A stretch of 64,000 nt of DNA. It comes from Synechococcus sp. AG-670-A05 (lineage in GTDB: Bacteria; Cyanobacteriota; Cyanobacteriia; PCC-6307; Cyanobiaceae). The notes under the pieces are model-generated. The model worked only from the letters and a program-made list of their open reading frames with translations, had not been told where the DNA came from and made no database searches. Position 1 is the first letter of the stretch. Every line of letters begins with the position of its first letter. The position numbers were made by a program, and so were the translations under genes. The DNA lies in the NCBI GenBank assembly GCA_003211535.1, contig QCSJ01000001.1, forward strand, positions 8,253-72,252, written 5' to 3'. This document shows, piece by piece, positions 56,562 to 64,000 of the stretch.

Positions 56562-57416
56562 GTGCGTGACGTCACGGTCATCCTGCAGATGATCTGCCCG
56601 GATCGTCCGGGGTTGGTCAGTGAGCTGGCCGGTTGGGTGGCGGCCAAGGGCGGCAACATCCGCCACGCCGACCACCACACCGATGCTGGGGCTGGGCTGT
56701 TTCTCAGTCGGATCGAGTGGGATCTCGATGGGTTCGGTCTGTCCCGGGCTGTCTTGCCCGAGTCAGCTGCAGCCTTGGGGCAACGGTTGAACGGGCAGGT
56801 GCAACTGCACTTTTCCGATGCGCTGCCTCGTGTGGCGATCTTTGCCAGCAAGCAGGCCCACTGCCTCCAGGATCTGCTGTGGCGAGTGCAGAGCGGTGAA
56901 TTGCCGATGCAGGTGCCCCTGGTCATCGCCAACCACCCGGATCTCGAACCCCTCTGTGCCGGCTTTGGGGTTCGTTTTGTCTGCGTCCCAGTTGCCAAGG
57001 CCGCCAAACCGGAGGCTGAGCAGAGGACGCTGGAGCTGTTGGAGGAGAACCGGATCGAACTCGCAGTGCTGGCCAAGTACATGCAGGTGCTCAGTGGCGA
57101 CTTTCTGCGACGCTTCCCGGATGTGATCAATATCCATCACTCCTTTTTGCCGGCTTTCAAAGGCGCGCAGCCGTATCACCGGGCCTGGGAGCGGGGGGTC
57201 AAGTTGATCGGTGCCACCGCCCACTACGTGACCGAGGACCTCGACGATGGGCCAATCATCGACCAGACCACCGTGCCTGTGAGCCACCGTGATGACGTTG
57301 ATGACCTGATCCGTAAGGGACGCGACACCGAGCGGCTTGCCTTGGCGCGGGCTTTGCGGATGCACCTTCATCGGCAGGTGATTGTTTACCGCGGCCGTAC
57401 CGCTGTGTTCGCGTGA
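56562..57416 (+). CDS. purU: Formyltetrahydrofolate deformylase
   Basis: CPDRPGLV (ACT domain), LAKYMQVLS, INIHHSFLP.FKGA.PY, GATAHYVT and LDDGPII motifs; start taken as GTG 56562. Confidence 0.96.
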   Translation: MRDVTVILQMICPDRPGLVSELAGWVAAKGGNIRHADHHTDAGAGLFLSRIEWDLDGFGLSRAVLPESAAALGQRLNGQVQLHFSDALPRVAIFASKQAHCLQDLLWRVQSGELPMQVPLVIANHPDLEPLCAGFGVRFVCVPVAKAAKPEAEQRTLELLEENRIELAVLAKYMQVLSGDFLRRFPDVINIHHSFLPAFKGAQPYHRAWERGVKLIGATAHYVTEDLDDGPIIDQTTVPVSHRDDVDDLIRKGRDTERLALARALRMHLHRQVIVYRGRTAVFA

Positions 57417-58678
57417 GCAACGATCGGCCAATCGGGAGCCGGGCGTTTCGGCTTGGGTTGTTGTTTCTGCCCTCCAGCGCCCTGCTGGCGGCCGTCAGCC
57501 TGTTCATCGCCTGCATCAGCGGTAGTCGCGGTCGGGAGCAACCGTTGTGGCGGGATCCCTGGTGCCAGCCGCTGCTGCTGGCTGGTCTGTTGATGCTGAT
57601 CGGGGCCTGTCTGGCCGAGAACGCAGGCCTGGCCTGGGCAGGTCTGGCCAACTGGTTGCCCTTCATCTGGGCGTTTTGGGCCTTTCAACCCCATCTGGAG
57701 GGGACCAGCCAACGCCGTCAGGCGGTGTGGATGCTGCTGGCGGGCACGCTGCCTGTTGTAGTGACGGGTTTCGGCCAGATGCTCCTGGGTTGGGAGGGTC
57801 CCTGGCAGGTCGGGGGCGGGGCGATTATCTGGTTCCTCCATCCCGATGGCCGCCCGCCCGGCCGTTTGTCCGGATTGTTCGATTACGCCAACATCACCGG
57901 TGCCTGGCTGGCGGTGGTCTGGCCGTTGATGCTGGCTGCTGTGCTTCGCCCCGATGGCTGGCGTCGTCGTGGGGGCGCTTTATTGATGTCCTTAGCCACC
58001 GCTCTGGCGGTGTTGCTCACCCAGTCCCGCAATGCCATGGGTGCACTGGTGCTAGCGCTCCCTTTCGTGCTGGGCTCGTGGCAGTGGATGTGGCTGCTTC
58101 CTTTGCTACTGATCTTGGCCTCGCCTCTATTGCTGGCTGTTCTGCCTGGGGTTTCCGCTAGTTTGAAAGTGTTGGGAATGCGCCTGCTGCCAGATCAACT
58201 GCTTGTGCGGGTTCTGGAAAGCCAGGGAGAAACCGCCTGGAAACACACTCGCCTGGCGCAGTGGCAGTACGCCCTGCAATTGGTGGCAGCTCGACCCTGG
58301 TTTGGTTGGGGTGCTGCTGCTTTCAGCGTTCTGTATCCGATCCACGCTGCCAAGCGCTGGCATGGCCATGTGCACAACCTGCCGCTGGAGCTAGCCGTCA
58401 GCCATGGTTTTCCGGTGATGCTGCTGGTTGTTGGAAGCGTGCTGCTGCTGTTGGTGCTGGCTGCACAACGCGGAATGCTGCGGAAGCCTCCTCTGGAGCG
58501 CGCTTGGTGGGCGGCCACGTTGGTGCTGGTGGTGATGCATGCCACCGATTTGCCGTTGTTTGACGGCCGCCTCAACATCCTCGGCTGGACCCTGCTTGCT
58601 GGGCTCTATGCGTTCATTCGAGAGTCAGGGCCTGATCGTGATGCTCACGCAGTTTCTCCGGAGCGAGCGGACCCCTGA
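57413..58678 (+). CDS. O-antigen ligase/polymerase (Wzy_C) family membrane protein
   Basis: Multi-TM; GRLSGLFDYAN, LTQSRNA, RPWFGWG and H.HNLPLEL motifs. Confidence 0.85.
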   Translation: MSNDRPIGSRAFRLGLLFLPSSALLAAVSLFIACISGSRGREQPLWRDPWCQPLLLAGLLMLIGACLAENAGLAWAGLANWLPFIWAFWAFQPHLEGTSQRRQAVWMLLAGTLPVVVTGFGQMLLGWEGPWQVGGGAIIWFLHPDGRPPGRLSGLFDYANITGAWLAVVWPLMLAAVLRPDGWRRRGGALLMSLATALAVLLTQSRNAMGALVLALPFVLGSWQWMWLLPLLLILASPLLLAVLPGVSASLKVLGMRLLPDQLLVRVLESQGETAWKHTRLAQWQYALQLVAARPWFGWGAAAFSVLYPIHAAKRWHGHVHNLPLELAVSHGFPVMLLVVGSVLLLLVLAAQRGMLRKPPLERAWWAATLVLVVMHATDLPLFDGRLNILGWTLLAGLYAFIRESGPDRDAHAVSPERADP

Positions 58679-60242
58679 GGTGGATCCAGGGCAGGACACG
58701 GGTCGGTTCCCAGGTCGCATGAACCACCTCATCCCATGGGGGCGGCGCTGGCAACGTCTCTCCTGGTGTGGGATCCAGCTCGCCGCTGAGGGCTGCTCGG
58801 TAGGCCTTTTTCCATCCGCCCATGCTCTCGCGGGCGTCTCCGACGGCGGCGATCACCGGGGCCAGGCGTCGGTCGCTGCGGGACAGCAGGGCCTGGATCA
58901 CGCTCCAGCCGTAGCTCTCCGGGCGAAACTCAATGCCCTTGGGCTTCACTTTCTTCGCCAGATGTTTCAGGCGTTTGTTCGCTTCCGGTCGAACCCCTTG
59001 CCATTGAAAAGGGGTCTGGGCCTTGGGCACGAAGGTGCTGACGCCAAGGGTGAAACGCAGTCCAGGGGAGCCCTTTTTCAAGTTCAGCAGCAGATCGGCA
59101 GTGGCGTCAACATCGGCATCGTCTTCTGTGGGAAGTCCGACCATGCCATAGAGCTTCAGGCCTGACAGACCACCTTGCTTGGCGTGCCGGGCGGCGGCAT
59201 GGATCGCTTCGGAGGTGAGTTTTTTGTTGACCACCTCCCGGATGCGTTCGCTGCCGCTTTCGATGGCAATCGTGAGCGAACGACTGCCGCGCTTGGCAAG
59301 GATCCGGCCCAGGTCAAGGGTGACGGTGGCGGCCCGCACGGAACTGACGCTGATCCTTGTGCCATCGAAGCGATCCTGATCGAGCCAGTGGAGCAGATCG
59401 GCGAACTGGGGGTGCTGGGTCACAGATGCTCCCAGCAGTCCAAGCCGTTGGGTGGCGGTCAAGCCCTTTTCCACCGCCGGGATCAGACCGTCGTCCAGGG
59501 ACGGTGTGCGGAAGGGCAGGGTGAGGTAACTGGCCAGGCAGAAGCGGCACAGTTCCGGACAACTGCGCACTACCTCAACCATATGGATGTCCGGCCAAGC
59601 GGCTTCAGGGGTGACCACCGTGGAGTGACTGAGGGTGTTGCCGCGCCAGGTCTGTTTTTCGACCAGGGACGGAACCGCAGGATCGATTGGTTTCACGGCA
59701 ATTAGTTCCCCGTCTGAGTCGTACTGAGGGGTGTAGAGCGCGGGCACGTACACCCCAGGGACCTGAGCGAGGTGTCGCAGCCGTGCCTGGCGGTCTGCCC
59801 CTCGGCATTGCTGGAGGGCATCAATGAAAGCGGGAAGCAGCAGCTCCCCATCCCCGAGCAGTACCGCATCAAAGAAGGGGGCCAGCGGTTCAGGGTTGGC
59901 GGTCAGCACAGGCCCCCCACCGAAGACGATTGGGTCCTCATCGCGACGCTCCACAGCCCAGGTGGGGATGCGCTGGTTCTGCAGCAGCTCCGGCAGTACA
60001 GGGCCGTCGAGCTCCCAGCTCAGGGACAGCCCGAACAGATCGCAATGGCGTGGCAGGGGATCCCCCTGATCGGTGAACAGGCGTCTCACGTCCACATCGC
60101 TGCGCTGCGCGAGGGTTGCCCAAATGATCTGATAGCCGAGGCTGGTGATCCCTACTGAATACGTGCTGGGAAACGCCAGCACGGCCTTGAGGGCGTCGGG
60201 TTCCGGTGAGGCCGGATCGAACAGCAGAGTTTCCCTATTCAG
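58614..60242 (-). CDS. Radical SAM protein (B12-binding-domain-like family)
   Basis: CPELCRFC motif; FGGGP, GDGE, YGMVGLP and FVPK..TPFQW; start inferred at CTG 60242. Confidence 0.9.
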   Translation of the reverse strand: MNRETLLFDPASPEPDALKAVLAFPSTYSVGITSLGYQIIWATLAQRSDVDVRRLFTDQGDPLPRHCDLFGLSLSWELDGPVLPELLQNQRIPTWAVERRDEDPIVFGGGPVLTANPEPLAPFFDAVLLGDGELLLPAFIDALQQCRGADRQARLRHLAQVPGVYVPALYTPQYDSDGELIAVKPIDPAVPSLVEKQTWRGNTLSHSTVVTPEAAWPDIHMVEVVRSCPELCRFCLASYLTLPFRTPSLDDGLIPAVEKGLTATQRLGLLGASVTQHPQFADLLHWLDQDRFDGTRISVSSVRAATVTLDLGRILAKRGSRSLTIAIESGSERIREVVNKKLTSEAIHAAARHAKQGGLSGLKLYGMVGLPTEDDADVDATADLLLNLKKGSPGLRFTLGVSTFVPKAQTPFQWQGVRPEANKRLKHLAKKVKPKGIEFRPESYGWSVIQALLSRSDRRLAPVIAAVGDARESMGGWKKAYRAALSGELDPTPGETLPAPPPWDEVVHATWEPTRVLPWIHLRGPLAPEKLREHHDQALTLE

Positions 60243-61684
60243 TTGGTGTCTCCTGAGGGCTCGGAGGGTGGAGGTGGAGGTGTGAACGGACGGCGATGAC
60301 GGTTGATCCGGTGCTGCATCCGCTCCTCGGACGCCAGCTCCATCCCCATCTGACGGTCATAGATGGAGTTGGGGTTGAATGACCTGGCTACCAGGAAGCT
60401 CATCAGAGAGGCCACGAGGATCGGCTTCAGGATCAGCAGGTCCTTGGTGAGGGCGAAGGCCAGAAACATGGCAGAGATCGGCGTGTGGGAACACCCCGCC
60501 ACGAAGGCCCCCATTCCTGCGAACACATAGGTGGTGGGGACATGGCCCGTGAGGGCTTCCACCCCGATGCCACAGGCCAAACCTATGGCACCGCCTAGGG
60601 TCAGCATCGGCATGAACAACCCCCCGGGGGCGCCTGACCCTGCGGCCAGCCCGGTGCTGAAGAACAGCACCACAAAGCTGGCGAGTGCGAGACCGACGTC
60701 CGCCTTTCCTGCGGCAATCAGGTGCTTCAACTCGGATGGGTTGTGAAAGGTGTCGGGCAGCGCGGCGTAGACGCAGCCGAGCACCAGCCCGCTGAGGGTC
60801 ATGCGCAGGATCAGCCGGTCGCCGAACCAGCGGTTCCCCTGGCGCTGCATGGCCAGCACGTAACGGGTGTACAGCTCCGCCAGAACGCCGATAAAAGCTC
60901 CGAGGGCGATCAGATACAGCAGATCGACCGGCAGGAATTTCACCAGGGGGGTGTAAGCCCGCTCCAGCTGGAAGCCACTGGTGCTGCTGAGGCCCGACGA
61001 TCCAGGGTTGAGGCTGAGAAAGCCCAGCACGTCCGCCCATGTGTCTGCAGAGAAGGTGGTGATGAGCACAAGCAGCAGTACCACAGGCCTGGCCGAGTGC
61101 AGCAGCTCCTCGATGGCGTAGATGAAACCCCCTATCGGTGCGCTGAAGACGGCGGCGATGCCGGCGCCACCCCCTGCGGCAACGATCATGCGGCGAAAGG
61201 CTGCAGGTGCCTTGAGCCAGCGGGACATCTGCCAGGCCACAGACCCACCCATCTGCACAGCTGGACCCTCTGGGCCAAGCGGAAAGCCGCTGCCGATGGC
61301 AATGATTCCGGCAACAAGCTTCACCAGTCCCACCTGCAGCCCCATGGGAACGGCCTTGTGGCGTAGAAATCCCATGATGTGAGTGATGCCGGCGCCACCG
61401 GCAGCGGGCGCCAGATTGCTGATCAGCCATCCCGAAACCAGACCGCCAACCATCCCCAGAGCAGGCAGCACCAACCAGGCGGGCAAGTCATTGAGCAGCT
61501 CCAGGCGCCAGTTCTTGAGCATGTTGATGCCGCCGGTGAACAGCAGGCCGGTGATGGCGGCACCGAGGCCGGTGAGTGCCAGCGCCAGAACCACCACAAG
61601 CCAGCGACGTTCAAGCAACCCCCGGATGCTGCGGCTGGACCCCAGCAGATGGCGTCGTCGTTTCGGCTCGCTCAGGGTGGGCAC
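60239..61684 (-). CDS. ClC family chloride channel / H+/Cl- antiporter
   Basis: GAGIT, LGPEGP, F.APIGG..Y..EE and GGLFMP motifs. Confidence 0.92.
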   Translation of the reverse strand: MPTLSEPKRRRHLLGSSRSIRGLLERRWLVVVLALALTGLGAAITGLLFTGGINMLKNWRLELLNDLPAWLVLPALGMVGGLVSGWLISNLAPAAGGAGITHIMGFLRHKAVPMGLQVGLVKLVAGIIAIGSGFPLGPEGPAVQMGGSVAWQMSRWLKAPAAFRRMIVAAGGGAGIAAVFSAPIGGFIYAIEELLHSARPVVLLLVLITTFSADTWADVLGFLSLNPGSSGLSSTSGFQLERAYTPLVKFLPVDLLYLIALGAFIGVLAELYTRYVLAMQRQGNRWFGDRLILRMTLSGLVLGCVYAALPDTFHNPSELKHLIAAGKADVGLALASFVVLFFSTGLAAGSGAPGGLFMPMLTLGGAIGLACGIGVEALTGHVPTTYVFAGMGAFVAGCSHTPISAMFLAFALTKDLLILKPILVASLMSFLVARSFNPNSIYDRQMGMELASEERMQHRINRHRRPFTPPPPPSEPSGDTN

Positions 61685-61699
61685 AGGCTGATTGTGGGA

Positions 61700-64000
61700 T
61701 CAGGCTTCAGCGAGCAAAACCGCTTCCTCATCGGCACTCATCACCCGACCCTGATCCTCATAACCGCTGATCTGATCGAAATTCAGATACCGGTAGAGCC
61801 TATCGGACAGCGGATCAATTTTTTCTGCGGCGATGGATCGGTACTCATCGGCAGTGGGAATGCGGCCCAGCAAGGCGCAGACCGCTGCCAGTTCGGCACT
61901 GCCAAGATAAACCTGGGCACCTTTGCCCAGTCGGTTGTTGAAGTTCCTGGTGCTGGTGGAGAACACCGTGGTGTTGTCCTCCACCCGGGCTTGGTTGCCC
62001 ATGCAGAGCGAACAACCCGGCATCTCCATGCGCGAGCCGGCAGCTTCAAAGGTGGCGTAGTAGCCCTCGGCCTTCAAGGTCTCCTCGTCCATACGTGTCG
62101 GTGGGCAGACCCAGAGGCGAGCTTTGTTGCTGTCGGAGCCCTCCAGCACTTTGGCCGCGGCGCGGTAGTGGCCGATGTTGGTCATGCAGGAGCCGATGAA
62201 CACCTCCTGAACGGGGTCTCCAGCGACGTCGCTCAGCAGCTTGACGTTGTCGGGGTCGTTGGGGCATGCGAGCACCGGTTCCGTTAGCTCGTCGAGGTTT
62301 ATCTCCAGCACTTCGGCGTATTGCGCATCCGGATCAGCACTGAGCAGCTGCGGGTTGGCCAGCCAGTTCTCCATCGCCTTGATCCGACGAGCCAGGGTTT
62401 TGGCATCGTTGTAGCCCCTGGCAATCATGTTTTTCAGCAGGGCCACATTGCTGCGCAGGTACTCGCTGACAGTCGCTTCGGAGAGCTTGATAGTGCAGCC
62501 CGCGCAGGAGCGTTCGGCGGTGGCATCGGTGAGCTCGAAGGCCTGCTCCAGCTTCAGATTCGGCAGACCTTCGATTTCCATAATGCGGCCATTGAACACA
62601 TTCTTCTTGTTGGCCTTTTCAACAGTGAGCAAGCCCTTCTGAATGGCCACCCAGGGAATGGCATTTACCACGTCCCGCAGCGTTACCCCGGGTTGCAGCG
62701 AACCGCTGAACCGCACCAGCACCGACTCGGGCATGTCCAGGGGCATGGCGCCTATAGCGGCGGCGAAGGCCACCAGGCCGGAACCGGCGGGGAAGGAGAT
62801 GCCGAGGGGGAAGCGGGTGTGGCTGTCTCCACCGGTGCCCACGCTGTCGGGTAGGAGCATTCGGTTCAGCCAGCTATGGATGATCCCATCGCCAGGGCGC
62901 AGGGCGACGCCGCCACGTTGGGCAAAGAAGTCCGGCAGATCCTTCTGGGTCTGCAGATCCACCGGTTTGGGGTAAGCCGCGGTGTGGCAGAAGCTCTGCA
63001 TCACAAGGTCGGAGGAGAAGCCGAGGCAGGCCAGCTCCTTCATCTCATCCCGGGTCATCGGCCCAGTGGTGTCCTGGGAGCCGACGGTGGTCATCAATGG
63101 CTCGCAGCTGGTGCCGGGGCGAACGCCAGTCAGACCGCAGGCCTTGCCCACTATCTTCTGGGCCAGGGTGAAGCCTTTGCCGATGTCCGCCGGTGCCGAG
63201 GGTCGGATGAAGGCATCTGAAGGGGTGAGCCCCAGATGAGCCCGGACCTTGTCGGTTAGGGCCCGGCCGATCATCAGGGGAATGCGGCCGCCGGCCCGAA
63301 CTTCATCACTGATCGTGCTGGGCTTGAGTTCGAACCGACTCACCACCTCGCCATCCCGTTCGATCGTGCCGGCATGGGGTCGGATCGTGATCACATCGCC
63401 GGTGTTGAGCAAGGTGACATCGCATTCGATCGGCAGAGCTCCGGAGTCTTCGGCAGTGTTGAAGAAGATCGGCGCGATCTTGCCGCCGAGAATGACGCCG
63501 TCCCCCCGTTTGTTGGGTATGTGGGGGATGTCGTTCCCGGTGTGCCAGAGCACGGAGTTGATCGCACTTTTCCTCGAACTACCGGTGCCCACCACGTCGC
63601 CCACGTAAGCGACAGGGTGACCTTTATCCCTAAGAGTTGCGATTGTTTTCAGACCGTCCGGATCGCGGGTCTCGAGCATCGCCAGGGCGTGCATGGGAAT
63701 GTCCGGGCGCGTGGTGGCGTGCGTGGCGGGGGAGAGGTCGTCAGTGTTGGTTTCCCCTTCCACCTTGAAGACGGTCACCGTGATCGTTTCGGCTAGGGGC
63801 TCACGGCGGGTGAACCATTCGGCGGCGGCCCAGCTGTCCACCACTTGCTTGGCAAAGCGGTTGCTCGCCGCCAGTGCCATCACTTCATTTAAGGCGTCAT
63901 ACACAAGCAGGGTGCGACTGAGGCCCTCGGCCGCGCAACTGGCCAGCTCTTCATCGCTGTGCTGAAGGAGCTCGATCAGAGCCGCCACGTTGTATCCACC
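61700..64000 (-). CDS. acnB: Aconitate hydratase B (partial, 5' end outside the window)
   Basis: [52 protein letters not shown] and STRNF motifs. Confidence 0.97.
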   Translation of the reverse strand, partial: GGYNVAALIELLQHSDEELASCAAEGLSRTLLVYDALNEVMALAASNRFAKQVVDSWAAAEWFTRREPLAETITVTVFKVEGETNTDDLSPATHATTRPDIPMHALAMLETRDPDGLKTIATLRDKGHPVAYVGDVVGTGSSRKSAINSVLWHTGNDIPHIPNKRGDGVILGGKIAPIFFNTAEDSGALPIECDVTLLNTGDVITIRPHAGTIERDGEVVSRFELKPSTISDEVRAGGRIPLMIGRALTDKVRAHLGLTPSDAFIRPSAPADIGKGFTLAQKIVGKACGLTGVRPGTSCEPLMTTVGSQDTTGPMTRDEMKELACLGFSSDLVMQSFCHTAAYPKPVDLQTQKDLPDFFAQRGGVALRPGDGIIHSWLNRMLLPDSVGTGGDSHTRFPLGISFPAGSGLVAFAAAIGAMPLDMPESVLVRFSGSLQPGVTLRDVVNAIPWVAIQKGLLTVEKANKKNVFNGRIMEIEGLPNLKLEQAFELTDATAERSCAGCTIKLSEATVSEYLRSNVALLKNMIARGYNDAKTLARRIKAMENWLANPQLLSADPDAQYAEVLEINLDELTEPVLACPNDPDNVKLLSDVAGDPVQEVFIGSCMTNIGHYRAAAKVLEGSDSNKARLWVCPPTRMDEETLKAEGYYATFEAAGSRMEMPGCSLCMGNQARVEDNTTVFSTSTRNFNNRLGKGAQVYLGSAELAAVCALLGRIPTADEYRSIAAEKIDPLSDRLYRYLNFDQISGYEDQGRVMSADEEAVLLAEA

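Overview
Chromosomal segment of a high-GC marine picocyanobacterium (Synechococcus subcluster 5.1-like gene order), spanning the probable replication origin between dnaN and thrC. About 55 core genes are intact: pdxA, accB, efp, thiL, gap2, murC/B, rsgA, dnaJ, grpE, msrB, dusA, argH, ftsY, nusB, queG, a gyrA/parC paralogue, purF/L/T/U, dnaN, thrC, recN, uvrA, mraY, argG, rpsF, aroE, dnaK, psbQ, a ClC transporter and a partial acnB. I found no rRNA, tRNA, CRISPR, prophage or IS element, and no new multi-gene system. The main signal is selective gene decay. Five to seven dispensable loci are disrupted by stops, frameshifts and deletions: the type IV pilus pilB-pilT-pilC locus (collapsed into a broken pilB::pilC fusion), an alpha/beta hydrolase, an L,D-transpeptidase, the C-terminal domain of sucrose-phosphate synthase and several small proteins. 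Housekeeping ORFs stay open but carry some unusual substitutions. This resembles early genome reduction, as in a recently host-restricted cyanobiont (inference). Two genes also appear to start at CTG codons overlapping the upstream stop (CTGA). All comparisons with orthologues are from memory, not from a database search.
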